Assembly: GCA_963816185.1 (NCBI GenBank)
Contig: CAWFJJ010000024.1
Span: 608,001 to 672,000 of the forward strand
Direction: 5' to 3'
Source: Thermoanaerobaculia bacterium
Lineage (GTDB): Bacteria; Acidobacteriota; Thermoanaerobaculia; UBA5066
DNA: 64,000 nt
Position numbers and translations under genes: made by a program. This document shows, piece after piece, positions 1-12,065 of the stretch. Under the pieces are notes generated by a model, which saw only the letters and a program-made list of their open reading frames with translations, had not been told where the DNA came from and searched no databases. Numbering within the stretch: position 1 is the stretch's first letter; every line of letters starts with the position of its first letter.

Positions 1-128
1 TGGGCCCCGCGGATCTCGGCGGAGTCCTGCAGATCGGCCCGATCGTCCTGAGCGAGGACGCGAAGAGCTATGCCTATGCGGTGCGTCGCACGCTCTCGCA
101 CCTTTTTCTCGTGGAAGGAGCGCGATGA
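1..128 (+). CDS. 3' end of an upstream gene, probably another Ser/Thr kinase-beta-propeller protein (partial)
   Basis: Frame from base 3 reads [41 protein letters not shown], a propeller-type C-terminus; its TGA overlaps the ATG at 125 (ATGA coupling). Confidence 0.65.
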   Translation, partial: GPADLGGVLQIGPIVLSEDAKSYAYAVRRTLSHLFLVEGAR

Positions 129-2782
129 CGCTTTCAGCAGGTACACGTCTCGGGTCTTACGAGATCCTTTCGCCGCTCGGCGCCGGGGGGATGGGAGAGG
201 TTTATCGGGCGACCGATGCGCGACTCGGGCGGGCGGTTGCGCTCAAGGTCTTGCCGGAAGATTTCCTCGAGAGTGAAGAAAGCAGGCGGAGGTTCGAGCG
301 GGAGGCGCGTACGCTTGCTTCGCTGAATCATCCGGGGATCGCCCATCTCTATTCATTCGAAGAAATCCCCGGTTCCTCCGGCTCGTCCCCGCGCCACCTC
401 CTCGTCATGGAGCTCGTCGAGGGGGAGACGCTCACCGAGCGGCTGCTTCGCGGCCCGCTCGAGCCCGAGCAGCTCCTGAAGACCTCGATCGAGATCGCGG
501 CCGCCCTCGACGCGGCGCATCACGCCGGCGTCATTCACCGCGATCTCAAGCCGGGAAACGTGATGCTGACGAAGTCCGGCGTGAAGCTCCTCGACTTCGG
601 CCTCGCGAAGACGGCGGCGCCGCCCGTGAAGTCGTCGTCCTCGGCCACGTCGCTCCCGACCGAGATGCCGCGGGCGATCACGCAGCAGGGGACGATCCTC
701 GGGACGTTCCAGTACATAGCGCCCGAGCAGCTCGAGGGCAAGGAGTCCGACGCCCGGAGCGACATCTTCTCCTTCGGGGCCGTGATCTACGAGATGGCGA
801 CGGGCCGCAAGGCGTTCGAGGGGAAAAGCCATGCCGCCCTGATCTCGGCGATCCTCAAGGACGAGCCCGCCCCGGTCTCGGCAATCGCTCCGATGACGCC
901 TCCGGCGCTGGACCGCGTCGTGAAGACGTGTCTCGCGAAGGACCCCGAGGATCGGTTCCAGACGGCTCACGACATCAAGCTGCAGCTCCAGTGGATCGCG
1001 GAGGGTGGCTCGCAGGTCGGGCTGCCCGCACCCGTGGCGCACCGCCGGAAGAGCCGCGAGCGTCTCGCGTGGGGCCTGGCCGCGGCGGCCGCCATGGCGG
1101 CGGCGGTCCTCGCCGTCGGCTTCGTCAGGCGCGCCCCCGTTCGTCCGAAGCTCGTGCGGTTCGAGATCGCGAACCCGGAGGGGATCACGACGATCGACGC
1201 GCCCCGCATCTCCCCGGACGGACGTCACCTCGCGTTCAACGCGACCGACTCCTCCGGGAAAAGCCGCGTCTGGGTTCGGGCGCTCAACGCGCTCGTCGCC
1301 CAGCCTCTGGCCGGCACGGAGGGCACGACGCGGCCGTTCTGGTCGCCCGACAGCCGGTTCATCGGGTTCTTCGCGGAAGGCAAGCTGAAGAAGATCGAGG
1401 TCTCGGGCGGGCCGGCGCAGAAGATCTGCGACGCCCCGACCGGCGCCGACGGCTCATGGAGCGCGGAAGGCGTCATCCTGTTCGACGGCAGAGGCAACGA
1501 CCCTATCTACCGTGTCTCCGCCGCCGGGGGAACGCCCGTCGTCGCCGTTAAACCCGAACCCTCGCGCAAAGAGACGACGGTCGGCTGGCCGGATTTCCTT
1601 CCGGACGGCCGGCACTTCCTCTACATGGCGGTGGGTGAGAAGTCCGAGGACAACGCCTACCGGATCGGCTCGCTCGACTCGGCCGAGTCGAAGATGCTCG
1701 CCCCGGCGCAGACGCTCGTCTCGTACGCGCCGCCCGGATACCTCCTCTTCGTGCGCGACAAGACGCTCGTCGCTCAGCCCTTCGACGCGAAAGCCCTGAA
1801 GACGGCAGGCGAGCCGATCCCGCTGGCCGAGCACGTCGGCACGGATGCGGTCGGGCTCGCGCGCTTCTCGGTCGCGGGCGACGGGACCCTCGTCTACCGG
1901 ACCGGCGAAACGGGGGACCGCCTCCTTTGGGTGGACCGTTCCGGCAAGGAAGGCGAGGCCGTCGGCGACCCGGGCGAGTACCACAACCCGGCATTTTCTC
2001 CGGGGGGCGACCGGCTCGCCTTCAACCTCGCCGATCCGCGGAGCGGGAAAAACGACATCTGGGTTCGGGACTTGAAGCGCGGTGTCAGCTCCCGGTTCAC
2101 GTTCGGTGCCGGCGAATCAGCTGCTCCTCTGTGGTCTCCCGACGGCCGCCTCATCGTCTTCAGGCATGACCTGGATCTTTTCGAGAAGGCCGCGGACGGC
2201 CAGGAAGGGGAGGAGAAGCTCCTCCTGAAGTCGGACGAGATGAAGGTTCCCTGCGACTGGACGCGCGACGGACGATACGTCGTCTTCCAGAGCCGCGGGA
2301 AGGAGACGAGCGTGGATATCTGGATCCTGCCCACGTTCGGCGACAAGAAGCCGTTCCCGTTCTTGAAGACCCAGTTCGCGGAGGCGCTGCCCGTCTTCTC
2401 GCCGGACGACCGCTTTCTGGCGTACCAGTCGAACGAGTCCGGCCGCAATGAGATCTACGTCCAGAGCTTTCCCGGCCCGGGTGGAAAGTGGCAGATCTCT
2501 GCGGGTGGAGGCGTAGAGCCGAGGTGGCGCGCCGACGGCAAGGAGCTGTACTACCGCGCTCCCGACCAGAAAGTGATGGCTGTCGAGGTCCAGACCGGAG
2601 GCGGTTTTACGCCCGGCGTCCCGCAGCCGCTTTTCTCGGGACGCTTCGATGCGGCAAATGTTCGCAACCGTTACCTCCCGACGGCCGACGGCCGGCGTTT
2701 TCTCACCGTGGCCCCGCTCGGGCGCGAGGCGATGACGCCGACGACGGTCGTCCTGAACTGGTACGCGGACCTGGGGAAGTGA
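125..2782 (+). CDS. Hanks-type Ser/Thr protein kinase, one TM helix, C-terminal TolB/PD40 beta-propeller (kinase 1)
   Basis: [24 protein letters not shown] and APE motifs; hydrophobic helix [21 protein letters not shown]; repeated SPDG motifs. Confidence 0.95.
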   Translation: MTLSAGTRLGSYEILSPLGAGGMGEVYRATDARLGRAVALKVLPEDFLESEESRRRFEREARTLASLNHPGIAHLYSFEEIPGSSGSSPRHLLVMELVEGETLTERLLRGPLEPEQLLKTSIEIAAALDAAHHAGVIHRDLKPGNVMLTKSGVKLLDFGLAKTAAPPVKSSSSATSLPTEMPRAITQQGTILGTFQYIAPEQLEGKESDARSDIFSFGAVIYEMATGRKAFEGKSHAALISAILKDEPAPVSAIAPMTPPALDRVVKTCLAKDPEDRFQTAHDIKLQLQWIAEGGSQVGLPAPVAHRRKSRERLAWGLAAAAAMAAAVLAVGFVRRAPVRPKLVRFEIANPEGITTIDAPRISPDGRHLAFNATDSSGKSRVWVRALNALVAQPLAGTEGTTRPFWSPDSRFIGFFAEGKLKKIEVSGGPAQKICDAPTGADGSWSAEGVILFDGRGNDPIYRVSAAGGTPVVAVKPEPSRKETTVGWPDFLPDGRHFLYMAVGEKSEDNAYRIGSLDSAESKMLAPAQTLVSYAPPGYLLFVRDKTLVAQPFDAKALKTAGEPIPLAEHVGTDAVGLARFSVAGDGTLVYRTGETGDRLLWVDRSGKEGEAVGDPGEYHNPAFSPGGDRLAFNLADPRSGKNDIWVRDLKRGVSSRFTFGAGESAAPLWSPDGRLIVFRHDLDLFEKAADGQEGEEKLLLKSDEMKVPCDWTRDGRYVVFQSRGKETSVDIWILPTFGDKKPFPFLKTQFAEALPVFSPDDRFLAYQSNESGRNEIYVQSFPGPGGKWQISAGGGVEPRWRADGKELYYRAPDQKVMAVEVQTGGGFTPGVPQPLFSGRFDAANVRNRYLPTADGRRFLTVAPLGREAMTPTTVVLNWYADLGK

Positions 2783-2792
2783 AGGTGCCTCG

Positions 2793-5429
2793 ATGACGCT
2801 CACGACCGGTTCACGCCTCGGCCCTTACGAGATCGCCTCGCCCATCGGCGCCGGCGGGATGGGCGAGGTTTACAAGGCGAGGGACACGCGGCTCGAGCGG
2901 GACGTCGCCATCAAGATCCTGCGGCCGTCGGAGTCCACGTCCGAGGAGATGAAGCAGCGCTTCGAGCGCGAGGCCAAGGCGATCTCCCAGCTCTCCCATC
3001 CGAACATCTGCGCGCTCTACGACGTCGGTTCGCACGAGGGAACCGAGTACCTCGTCATGGAGTATCTCGAGGGCGAGACGCTGGCGGGCCGCCTCGCGAA
3101 GGGGCCGATGGAGCTCGGGCAGCTGATTCCGGTCGGGATCCAGATCGCGGACGCCCTCGACCGCGCCCACCGGCAGGGGATCGTGCACCGCGACCTCAAG
3201 CCCGGCAACGTGATGCTCACGAAGGGCGGCGTGAAGCTGCTCGACTTCGGCCTCGCCAAGACGCTGGCGCCGCAGTCCGCGCAGACGCAGCTCACGTCGC
3301 TGCCGACGATGGCCTCGCCGCAGCACCTGACCCAGCAGGGGACGATCCTTGGGACGTTCCAATACATGGCGCCCGAGCAGCTCGAGGGCGGCGAGGCCGA
3401 CGCGCGGAGCGACATCTTCGCCCTCGGCGCGGTCCTCTTCGAGATGGCGACCGGCCGGAAGGCGTTCGAGGGGAAGAGCCAGGCGAGTCTCATCGGGGCG
3501 ATCCTCAAGGAGAACCCTCCATCCGTCTCGTCGATCGCGCCCATGACCCCTCCCGCGCTCGACCGCGCCATCGCGACGTGCCTCGCGAAGGACCCGGAGA
3601 ACCGCTTCCAGACGGCGCACGACGTGAAGCTGCAGCTCCAGTGGATCGCCGAGGGCGGATCGCAGGCCGGGCTGCCGGCGCCCGTCGCACAGAGGCGCAA
3701 GAGCCGCGAGAAGCTCGCGTGGGCGCTCGCGGCCGCCGCCGCGCTCGCCGCCGCCGGTTTCGCGTTCGGGTTCGTCCGGCGCGCGCCGGCCCACCCGCAG
3801 GTCGTCCGGTTCGAGATCCCGACGCCCCCGGAGCTCACGACCATTGACGCGCCGCGGATCTCGCCGGACGGAAAGATCATCGCGTTCAACGCGACGGACT
3901 CGTCCGGGAGGAGCCGGATCTGGGTACGGGCTCTCGACGCGCTCAAGGCGCGTGCGCTCGACGGCACCGAAGGGGCGGGGCGGCCGTTCTGGTCGCCCGA
4001 CAGCCGCTTCATCGGCTTCGTCGCGGCAGGCAAGCTCCAGAAGATCGACGTGACGGGCGGCCCGCCCCAGAAGATCTGCGACGCTCCCGGAGGTTCCGAC
4101 GGGACGTGGAGCACGAGCGGCGTCATCCTGCTGGACGGCACGGGCCCTCAGCCGATCCGACGCGTGCCGGCTTCGGGGGGAACGGCCGTCGATTTCGTGA
4201 AGCAGGACGCATCGCGGAAGGAGAGGACCGTCGCCTGGCCCGAGTTCCTTCCGGACGGCCGCCACTTCCTGTACATGGCGACCGGCGAGAAGCCGGAGGA
4301 CAACGTGTACCGGATCGGGTCGCTCGACTCGACGGGCTCGAAGACCCTCGCGTCTGCGCAGACGCTCGTCTCGTACGCGCCGCCGGGATACCTCCTCTTC
4401 GTGCGCGACCGGACGCTCGTCGCGCAACCGTTCGACGCGAAGGCACTGAAGACGACTGGCGAGCCGACCCCGCTCGCCGAACAGATCGGGACGGACTCGG
4501 TCGGCCTCGCGCGGTTCTCGGTCTCGCGGAACGGAACGCTCGTCTACCGGACCGGGGAGAGCGGAAACCGCTTCGTGTGGATGGACCGGTCGGGCAAGGA
4601 AGGAGAGGCCGTGGGCGACCCGGGTGACAGTCGCAATCCCGCGTTCTCGCCGGACGGCGAGCGGCTCGCGTACGACCTCGCGGATTCGCGCCGCGGGAAG
4701 ACCGACGTCTGGATCCGAGACCTCAAGCGCGGCGTCAGCTCGCGGTTCACGTTCGACACGGACGGCGCGTTCGCGCCGCTGTGGTCACCGGACGGTAAGA
4801 GGGTCGTCTACACCGTCGGGAACGACCTCTTCGAGAAGGCGTCCGAAGGCCTGGGAGAAGAGAAACCGCTCCTCAAGTCCGACGAGCTGAAATTCGCCTG
4901 CGACTGGTCGCGCGACGGGAAGTACATCGCCTACTCGAGCCAGGGCAAGGAGACGGCGTTCGACATCTGGATCCTCCCCACGTTCGGCGACATGAAGCCG
5001 GTCCCGTTCGTCAAGACGCCGTTCGCGGAGCTCCGGCCCGTCTTCTCGCCCGATGGCCGCTTCCTCGCGTACCAGTCGAACGAGTCCGGGCGCGCCGAGA
5101 TCTACGTCCAGAGCTTCCCGGGCCCCGGCGGCAAGTGGCAGATCTCGACGGCGGGCGGCATCGAGCCGCACTGGCGCGGCGACGGCAAGGAGCTTTACTA
5201 CCGGGCGCCCGACCAGAAGCTGATGGCGGTCGAGATCCAGGCGGGAAGCACCGTCACGGCCGGCGCGCCGCAGCCGCTCTTCCAGGGCCGCTTCGACTCG
5301 AGCGTCGCGCGGGAGCACTACATTCCCACTCGCGACGGCAAGCGCTTCCTGGTCGTCGCCCCGCTCGGGCGCGAGGCGATGACGCCGACGACGGTCGTCC
5401 TGAATTGGCACGCGGACCTGGGACGGTGA
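2793..5429 (+). CDS. Ser/Thr kinase-TM-beta-propeller (kinase 2)
   Basis: Same catalytic motifs; ectodomain closely paralogous to kinase 1 (e.g. shared [16 protein letters not shown] end). Confidence 0.95.
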   Translation: MTLTTGSRLGPYEIASPIGAGGMGEVYKARDTRLERDVAIKILRPSESTSEEMKQRFEREAKAISQLSHPNICALYDVGSHEGTEYLVMEYLEGETLAGRLAKGPMELGQLIPVGIQIADALDRAHRQGIVHRDLKPGNVMLTKGGVKLLDFGLAKTLAPQSAQTQLTSLPTMASPQHLTQQGTILGTFQYMAPEQLEGGEADARSDIFALGAVLFEMATGRKAFEGKSQASLIGAILKENPPSVSSIAPMTPPALDRAIATCLAKDPENRFQTAHDVKLQLQWIAEGGSQAGLPAPVAQRRKSREKLAWALAAAAALAAAGFAFGFVRRAPAHPQVVRFEIPTPPELTTIDAPRISPDGKIIAFNATDSSGRSRIWVRALDALKARALDGTEGAGRPFWSPDSRFIGFVAAGKLQKIDVTGGPPQKICDAPGGSDGTWSTSGVILLDGTGPQPIRRVPASGGTAVDFVKQDASRKERTVAWPEFLPDGRHFLYMATGEKPEDNVYRIGSLDSTGSKTLASAQTLVSYAPPGYLLFVRDRTLVAQPFDAKALKTTGEPTPLAEQIGTDSVGLARFSVSRNGTLVYRTGESGNRFVWMDRSGKEGEAVGDPGDSRNPAFSPDGERLAYDLADSRRGKTDVWIRDLKRGVSSRFTFDTDGAFAPLWSPDGKRVVYTVGNDLFEKASEGLGEEKPLLKSDELKFACDWSRDGKYIAYSSQGKETAFDIWILPTFGDMKPVPFVKTPFAELRPVFSPDGRFLAYQSNESGRAEIYVQSFPGPGGKWQISTAGGIEPHWRGDGKELYYRAPDQKLMAVEIQAGSTVTAGAPQPLFQGRFDSSVAREHYIPTRDGKRFLVVAPLGREAMTPTTVVLNWHADLGR

Positions 5430-5430
5430 C

Positions 5431-8190
5431 GTGACGGTCGCACCCGGCACGCTGGGACCGTACGAGGTCGTCGCCCTGCTCGGAACGGGGGGAATGGGAG
5501 AGGTCTACAGGGCGAAGGACACGCGCGTCGACCGGACGGTCGCGCTGAAGGTACTGCCGGAAGAGTTCTTCGAAGACAGTGAAAGGCGCGGGCGCTTCGA
5601 GCGCGAGGCGAAGCTGCTGGCGAGCCTGAATCACAACGGCATCGCCGTTCTTTACTCATTCGAAGAAATCTCCGGACGACACGTCCTGAGCATGGAGCTC
5701 GTCGAGGGAGACGACCTCGCCCAGCGCATTTCCTCCGGTCCTCTTTCACTCGAAGAATCTCTTTCTTTCGCCCGTCAGATCGCCGAGGCTCTGGAGGCGG
5801 CTCACGAGAAGGGGATCGTCCACCGCGACCTCAAGCCCGCGAACGTCAAGGTCACTCCCGACGGGCGCGTGAAGCTCCTCGACTTCGGCCTTGCAAAGAT
5901 CTTCGAGGGAAAAAGAGACTCCTCGAAAGGGGGTTCGGAGAAAGGCCTGACGCAATCCCCCACGCTCACAGCTCGGGCAACAGCCGCGGGGATCATTCTC
6001 GGCACCGCGGCCTACATGAGCCCGGAGCAGGCACGCGGCAAGACGGTCGACAAACGGACGGACGTCTGGGCGTTCGGGTGCGTGCTCTACGAAATGCTGA
6101 CGGGGAAGAGAGCCTTCGAAGGAGAGACCGTCTCCGACACGCTCGTCTCAATTCTCAAGGAGGACCCGAACTGGACGGCGCTGCCGGAGCAGACGCCGGC
6201 CGCTGTCAGAAGAATTCTTAGAAGGTGCCTGCAGCGCGACGCGAGGCTGAGGCTGCACGACATCGCCGATGCGCGGCTGGACCTCGAGGAGACGGCCGTC
6301 GCGGCAAGCTCGTCTTTCTCATTACCCTTCGAAGAAAAGACCGCGTTGCCCAGTCCCACTGTAGGTCGAAGCGATCTAACGAGTCGTGAGCGAGGGAGCA
6401 GGCTCTCTCGCATTCTTCCCTGGGGAGCCGCGGCCGTCCTGGCGGTTGTTGCTGCGATTGCCGGCGTCTCGTATTTCCGAGTCATATCGAAACCGGGACC
6501 GGTGATGCGATTCTCAATCCTGCCCCAGGCCGGCGGCCGGTTCTACTCCCGTGCGTCGGCGCTCGCACTGTCTCCCGACGGCGCGCGATTGGCGTACACG
6601 TACAGCTCCGCTACATCCCGCCGCCTCTATCTGCGAGCGTTGGATCGGGCGGAGGCTCTTGCGCTGGAGGGAACGGAAGGCTCGGCCGCCCCTTTCTTCT
6701 CCCCGGACGGACGCTGGATCGGCTTCTTCGCCGACGGGAAGCTCAAGAAGATCTCGGTCTTCGGCGGGGCTCCGATCACGATCTGTGATGCCCCGGACGA
6801 GCGCGGGGCCGACTGGGGGCCGGACGACACCATCTTGTTCACGCCGACGCCGAGCAGCCCCCTGGAACGGGTCTCGGCATCTGGAGGAGCCACGAAGGAG
6901 GTGACGAAGCTCGGAGGTCCGCCGGAGAGAAATTCGCGTTCCCACCGGTTTCCGGCTTTCCTTCCGGGTGGGAAGGAGGCTCTGTTCGACGTCGTGTACC
7001 CCGCGGGGAACCCCCTGGACAATGCCGACATCGCGGCCGTTTCGCTCGATACGGGCGAGTACAAGGTTCTGCTCCACGGGGGAACTCGCCCGCGCTACGT
7101 TTCGCCGGGATACATCGTCTATGCGCATGGATCCGACCTGCTGGCCGTGCCGTTTGATCGATCGCGCCTCGTCGTCACGGGCCCGACGGTGACCGTCGTG
7201 AAGGGCGTTGCAACGTACTACGGGAGCGGCTCGGCCGATTTCGCGATCTCGGAAACGGGAACGTTGACGTATCTCCCGGCCAGCGCGAATGCGCGCCCGA
7301 AGGGAAAGCTCGTCTGGGTGAGCCGGCAAGGCAGAGCGCAGCCCATCTCCCAGGCGATCCACGTGTATTCCAATCCGCGACTCCTGCCAGGCGATCGACG
7401 ACTGGTCGTCGACGTGGACGACGACGTACCCGGAATCTGGTCCTACGACATCGCCCGCGACACCCTGAGCCCGCTCGCGATCGAAGGAGAAAATCGCTTC
7501 CCGGTCGTATCGCGGGACGGGAAGGAGATCGCTTACGTCTCGATCCGAACCGGGTCGGAGGGGATCTTTTCGGAGGGGATGTTCGTGCGTGAATTAGACG
7601 GGCGCGGGGTCGAACGACGCCTGACCAGGACCACGACCCTGCAGAGGCCGGATTCCTTCTCGCCCGACGGGAAGCTGCTCGCGTTCACGGACGGGTCGGC
7701 CACACAGACTCTCCTCAAGCTCCTGCCGCTCGAAGGAGCTTCGGTCCCTACGCCTCTTCTGCCGGGGGCGGGGAACCGGAGCGCGGCGGCAATTTCTCCC
7801 GATGGCGGCCGGGTTGCCTATGTCTCGGATGAGTCCGGACGGAACGAAATTTACCTGGAGGCGTTTCCGCGAGGGGGCGAGCGAGCCCAGATTTCTTCCG
7901 ATGGAGGCGTCGCGCCGGTCTGGTCCCACGGCGGAGGCGAGCTCTTCTATCGCCACGGAGATCAATTGATGGCCGTGGTCGTGAAGTCGGGACCCCCGTT
8001 GAGCGTGGGGAAGCCACAGGAGCTCTTCGAGGGCGAAGGCGCGCCCGACTTCGACGTCTCCGAGGACGGTAAGAGATTTCTCATGATTCAGGCGGCCGGG
8101 CCAGGCTCGGCATGGGGGGCGCCGAGGCTGGAAGTGATCCTGAACTGGTTCGAGGAACTTCGCCGGATCGCTGGAAGCTCGGCGCGATGA
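5431..8190 (+). CDS. Ser/Thr kinase-TM-beta-propeller (kinase 3)
   Basis: [20 protein letters not shown] and SPE motifs; TM helix; SPDG repeats; LNWFEEL C-terminus. Confidence 0.95.
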   Translation: MTVAPGTLGPYEVVALLGTGGMGEVYRAKDTRVDRTVALKVLPEEFFEDSERRGRFEREAKLLASLNHNGIAVLYSFEEISGRHVLSMELVEGDDLAQRISSGPLSLEESLSFARQIAEALEAAHEKGIVHRDLKPANVKVTPDGRVKLLDFGLAKIFEGKRDSSKGGSEKGLTQSPTLTARATAAGIILGTAAYMSPEQARGKTVDKRTDVWAFGCVLYEMLTGKRAFEGETVSDTLVSILKEDPNWTALPEQTPAAVRRILRRCLQRDARLRLHDIADARLDLEETAVAASSSFSLPFEEKTALPSPTVGRSDLTSRERGSRLSRILPWGAAAVLAVVAAIAGVSYFRVISKPGPVMRFSILPQAGGRFYSRASALALSPDGARLAYTYSSATSRRLYLRALDRAEALALEGTEGSAAPFFSPDGRWIGFFADGKLKKISVFGGAPITICDAPDERGADWGPDDTILFTPTPSSPLERVSASGGATKEVTKLGGPPERNSRSHRFPAFLPGGKEALFDVVYPAGNPLDNADIAAVSLDTGEYKVLLHGGTRPRYVSPGYIVYAHGSDLLAVPFDRSRLVVTGPTVTVVKGVATYYGSGSADFAISETGTLTYLPASANARPKGKLVWVSRQGRAQPISQAIHVYSNPRLLPGDRRLVVDVDDDVPGIWSYDIARDTLSPLAIEGENRFPVVSRDGKEIAYVSIRTGSEGIFSEGMFVRELDGRGVERRLTRTTTLQRPDSFSPDGKLLAFTDGSATQTLLKLLPLEGASVPTPLLPGAGNRSAAAISPDGGRVAYVSDESGRNEIYLEAFPRGGERAQISSDGGVAPVWSHGGGELFYRHGDQLMAVVVKSGPPLSVGKPQELFEGEGAPDFDVSEDGKRFLMIQAAGPGSAWGAPRLEVILNWFEELRRIAGSSAR

Positions 8191-8242
8191 CGATTGACGT
8201 GAAGAGGAGTCGGCAGTCGGCCCTCGACAGTCGACAGTTGTT

Positions 8243-11020
8243 ATGACGCTCTCACCCGGCACACGTCTGGGGGCCTACGAGCTCCTCTCACCCCTCGGCG
8301 CGGGCGGGATGGGGGAGGTGTACCGGGCGAAGGACGCGAGGCTCGCGAGAGACGTCGCGATCAAGGTGCTGCCGGAAGAATTCTTCGAAGGTGAAGAGAG
8401 AAGGCAGAGGTTCGAGCGCGAGGCGAAACTGCTGGCCTCGCTGAACCATCCGAACATCGCCGCCATTCATTCATTCGAAGAAATCCCCGGTGTTTCTTCT
8501 TCCTCTTCCCGCCACCTGCTCGTCATGGAACTCGTCGAAGGCGAGGGGCTCGAACAGAAGATCGCTTCCGGCCCTCTTCCACTCGAAGAATCTCTTTCTT
8601 ACGCGAAGCAGATCGCCGAGGCGTTGGAAGCGGCGCACGAGAAGGGGATCGTCCACCGCGACCTCAAGCCCGCAAACGTCAAGATCACGCACGACGGGCG
8701 CGTCAAGCTCCTCGACTTCGGCCTCGCGAAAATCTTCGAGGGCGACGGAAAGACGGCCTCGGGGGGAGGCCTGACACAGTCGCCGACGCTCACGGCGCGA
8801 GCGACCGCCGCGGGAATCATCCTCGGGACCGCGGCGTACATGTCTCCGGAACAGGCGCGGGGGAAGCCGGTCGACAAGAGGACGGACGTCTGGGCGTTCG
8901 GGTGCGTGCTGTACGAGATGCTGACCGGAAAGAGGGCCTTCGAAGGGGAGACCGTCAGCGACACGCTCGCGGCGGTGCTCATGAAGGAGCCGGACTGGAC
9001 GGCGCTGCCGGAGCAGACGCCGGCGGCCGTAAGAAAGATTCTTAGAAGGTGCTTGCAGCGCGACGCGCGGCTGAGGCTGCACGACATCGCCGACGCGCGG
9101 CTGGACCTCGAGGAGTTAGGCGCACCGGGCTCATCAGCCACATCCGGCTATTCACTCCTCGAAGAAAAACAAGCGGTTCCGAGCCCCACTGTAGCAAGTG
9201 CAGAACGAACGAGTCGCGAGAGAGGGAGCAAGACTTTCTTTTCTCTCTATCTCCCCTGGGTGATTGCGGCCGCATTCGCGGCCGCGGCGGGGGCGTTCGT
9301 GCTCCGCGCTCGCGCCCCGGCGCCGCGGCCTCTCCTCGTGAAGCCGCTGACCGATTCCGGCCGCGACTGGTTTCCCTCGGCTTCCCCGGACGGGAAACTC
9401 GTGGCCTTCGTCTCCGATCGCGACGGCAAGGAGCGGATCTGGCTCAAGCAGATGCCGGACGGCGACGAGCTGCCCCTGACGGCGGGTCCGGACGATCGGC
9501 CGCGCTTTTCTCCGGATGGCAGCTCCCTTCTCTTCGCGCGCCGGGAAGCCGGCGGCACGTCCCTCTATCGAGTGGGCGTCCTGGGAGGGGAGCCCCGGCG
9601 GCTCGTCGCCGGCGCGACCGACGGCGCCTGGTCGAGCGACGGAGTGCGGCTCGTCTGGGTCCGCGAAGGGCAGGAAAAGGGGCAGCAGGTCTGGACGCTC
9701 ACCGTCGGCACGGCCGACGGCGGAGAACCCCGCGAGATCTACAGGTCCACGGCCGTCCCCTTCGACTGGCCGGCGTGGTCGCCCGACGGGAAGTGGATCC
9801 TCTGTTTTCCGCATGCGCTCGGGACCGCCTCGTTGAGCGCGGGACCGCTCCTCGTGGCCGCCGACGGGAGCGGGGGGCACGACGTCGGAACCGGGCGCAC
9901 GGCGCAGCTCTCGGCGGCGGCGTGGTTCGGAACGGGCCGTGAAGCCCTGGTCGCCCGCGCTGCTCCCGTCCTGAGCCTGTTCGAAGCCGCCTCCTGCACG
10001 ATCGAGAGGATCGTCGCGGCGACCGGCGAGCACTCTCCCGTCCTCGAGAGTCCGAGCCGCGTCTGGTCAATCGACGTCCTCGGCCCCGGCCGCATCGTTT
10101 TCGACGCCAACTCGAATCGCGTGAATCTCCGCGAGGTTCCGGCGGCAGGCCCGAGCGCTCCGGGTGTCTGGCTCAGTCGCGGTCTCGGGATGCACCGGCA
10201 GCCCCGGTACTCTCCCGACGGGGAGTGGATCGTCTACTCGGCGCTGCGCGGCGGCAATGTCGACGTCTGGAGCCTCCAGCCTCGCACGGGCTCCGTCCGT
10301 CGCCTGACCGACAGCGCCGCCGTGGACTACGACCCCGCGTTCACGCCGGACGGAAAGCACCTGATCTTCAGTTCGGACCGCTCGGGTCACTTCGAGATCT
10401 GGATGGCGGACGCGGACGGCAGCGGGGCGCGGCAGGTCACCCACGACGGCGTCGACGCGGAGAACGCGACGGCCACTCCCGACGGAGCGTGGATCGTCTA
10501 TTCATCCGCCGACCCCAAGAAATTCGGGATCTGGAAGGTCCGCCCCGACGGCCGCGAGCCGACGTTGCTCTTCTCCGGTCTCGGGGAATGGCCCGAGGTG
10601 TCGCCGGACGGCCGGTACGCCTTGTTTACTTTCGCGCGTTTGACGGAGGAGAGCGCCATCAAAGTGGTCCGGATCCCGGACGCGACACTCGTTCCATTCT
10701 CGATTCGCCTGGGCGCCACGACGCGGCGCGCGGAGGCGATCTCCGGGCGAGCGCGCTGGATGCCCGACGGCAAAGGCATCGCGTTCGTCTCCGTCGACGG
10801 CAAAGGGAGGTCGGGGGTCTTCGTTCAGGAATTTCAGCCCGGCGGGGACACGGCGGCGACGCGCCGTCCGCTCGCCGGCTTCGAGCCGGACTGGGCGCCG
10901 GAGACATTCGCCGTCGCGCCCGACGGAAAGATGCTCTGCCTCGCGGAATGGGAGCAGGTTTCGAGCCTGATGACGGCCGACGGTGTCCCCGGGGTGGACC
11001 GCGTGAAAACCGCTCGATGA
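8243..11020 (+). CDS. Ser/Thr kinase-TM-TolB-like propeller (kinase 4)
   Basis: Intact kinase motifs; TM helix; PD40-like repeats (PSASPDGK, PRFSPDG, PAFTPDGK, SDRSG). Confidence 0.95.
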   Translation: MTLSPGTRLGAYELLSPLGAGGMGEVYRAKDARLARDVAIKVLPEEFFEGEERRQRFEREAKLLASLNHPNIAAIHSFEEIPGVSSSSSRHLLVMELVEGEGLEQKIASGPLPLEESLSYAKQIAEALEAAHEKGIVHRDLKPANVKITHDGRVKLLDFGLAKIFEGDGKTASGGGLTQSPTLTARATAAGIILGTAAYMSPEQARGKPVDKRTDVWAFGCVLYEMLTGKRAFEGETVSDTLAAVLMKEPDWTALPEQTPAAVRKILRRCLQRDARLRLHDIADARLDLEELGAPGSSATSGYSLLEEKQAVPSPTVASAERTSRERGSKTFFSLYLPWVIAAAFAAAAGAFVLRARAPAPRPLLVKPLTDSGRDWFPSASPDGKLVAFVSDRDGKERIWLKQMPDGDELPLTAGPDDRPRFSPDGSSLLFARREAGGTSLYRVGVLGGEPRRLVAGATDGAWSSDGVRLVWVREGQEKGQQVWTLTVGTADGGEPREIYRSTAVPFDWPAWSPDGKWILCFPHALGTASLSAGPLLVAADGSGGHDVGTGRTAQLSAAAWFGTGREALVARAAPVLSLFEAASCTIERIVAATGEHSPVLESPSRVWSIDVLGPGRIVFDANSNRVNLREVPAAGPSAPGVWLSRGLGMHRQPRYSPDGEWIVYSALRGGNVDVWSLQPRTGSVRRLTDSAAVDYDPAFTPDGKHLIFSSDRSGHFEIWMADADGSGARQVTHDGVDAENATATPDGAWIVYSSADPKKFGIWKVRPDGREPTLLFSGLGEWPEVSPDGRYALFTFARLTEESAIKVVRIPDATLVPFSIRLGATTRRAEAISGRARWMPDGKGIAFVSVDGKGRSGVFVQEFQPGGDTAATRRPLAGFEPDWAPETFAVAPDGKMLCLAEWEQVSSLMTADGVPGVDRVKTAR
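8258..8748 (+). repeat. ~490-bp near-identical direct repeat (kinase N-lobe), copy 1; partner at 12081-12571
   Basis: The two segments align at an offset of 3823 bp with only scattered, mostly third-position differences. Confidence 0.9.
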
Positions 11021-11030
11021 GGAAAGCGGC

Positions 11031-11112
11031 GTGATGCTCGCCTCCGGAACGAGGCTCGGAGCCTACGAAATCCTCGGAGCGACAACGAAGCTCGGTGCTT
11101 AGGAAATCCTTT
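11031..11112 (+). pseudogene. Two fused stubs of kinase 5' ends
   Basis: Reads VMLASGTRLGAYEILGATTKLGA*EIL, i.e. the array's TRLGxYEIL start twice, the second with a TAG. Confidence 0.75.
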
Positions 11113-11119
11113 ACTGCGT

Positions 11120-11977
11120 CTACTGTGTCGCGGGAAGAACGATCGCCTTCTCCCCGAATCCGCAGTCAGGATGCCCGAAGCCGCTGGCGCTGTTATCGAC
11201 CGCGTCATGTTTGTTCGCGGGATTGATGTCGTAGATGATGTTGTCCTGGCGCGGTGACGGGCTCAATCCCCGGACACCGGCCGTCGTCAGGCGATCGAGA
11301 CCCAGGGCATGGCGGGTCCGCCACGCGATGTTGTGGTCCGCGCACGAGGTATCGCCGCTCACGCCGATGGCGCCGACCTTCTTGCCGCTGGCGTCATACA
11401 GCCCGAGGCCGCCTCCGAACACGTTTACGCCCCCGATGAACTGACCGACGAGCGGATCCTGCGGAGTTCCGTACTTGGCCGCATCTCCGCCCGCATCCGC
11501 GCGGCTCCCGTAGGCAACTGCCGGATCGACCGGATTCGAGAACTGCAGCCCGAACAGGCTGCCGCCGGGCTGGGCCTGCGTCCAGAGGTTGGCGGTGGAC
11601 AGCGCATCCACGGTACCGCCCACTCCGGCCGGAAGGTTGAACGCTGCCGCTGTGTTGGCCTTCTGCGCCGAGATCACACGGCTTCCGGGCCATTGGCTGA
11701 TCCGGGTGGGACCGGTGAAGGTAACGGCGCAGACCTTGCCGTCCTGGTCGACGATCGTTGCCCACATGTGATTGCCCAGTCCGCCATTGCTCGCCTTGTT
11801 CGGCGCCACACTCTTGAGGGCGGTCGTCAGAGCCGTGTGGATCGCGCCCTGATTGCCCAGGCCGAGCGCGGCACACGCGTCACCGGCGCGCGCAGAGCCC
11901 GCCGGCAAAGTCAGCGTGATCAACGATGCGAGGCCCAGAGCCAGAAAGCGCGGCCTGCACTCGAGCGTTGTCCTCAC
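11120..11977 (-). CDS. Secreted GlcG/HbpS-family heme-binding protein
   Basis: Signal peptide ending SARA-G; SRVISAQKANTA, FGGGLGLY and GAIGVSGDTSCADH motifs; GAGGAGG RBS before GTG at 11977. Confidence 0.85.
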   Translation of the reverse strand: MRTTLECRPRFLALGLASLITLTLPAGSARAGDACAALGLGNQGAIHTALTTALKSVAPNKASNGGLGNHMWATIVDQDGKVCAVTFTGPTRISQWPGSRVISAQKANTAAAFNLPAGVGGTVDALSTANLWTQAQPGGSLFGLQFSNPVDPAVAYGSRADAGGDAAKYGTPQDPLVGQFIGGVNVFGGGLGLYDASGKKVGAIGVSGDTSCADHNIAWRTRHALGLDRLTTAGVRGLSPSPRQDNIIYDINPANKHDAVDNSASGFGHPDCGFGEKAIVLPATQ

Positions 11978-12065
11978 GGGGCACCTCCTCGGCAAGATCC
12001 TAGGTCTCAGTCGCAACGAGTGTCAAACCACTCGCGCGGCCGCCCCTATACTTCCGTGAAATTTG

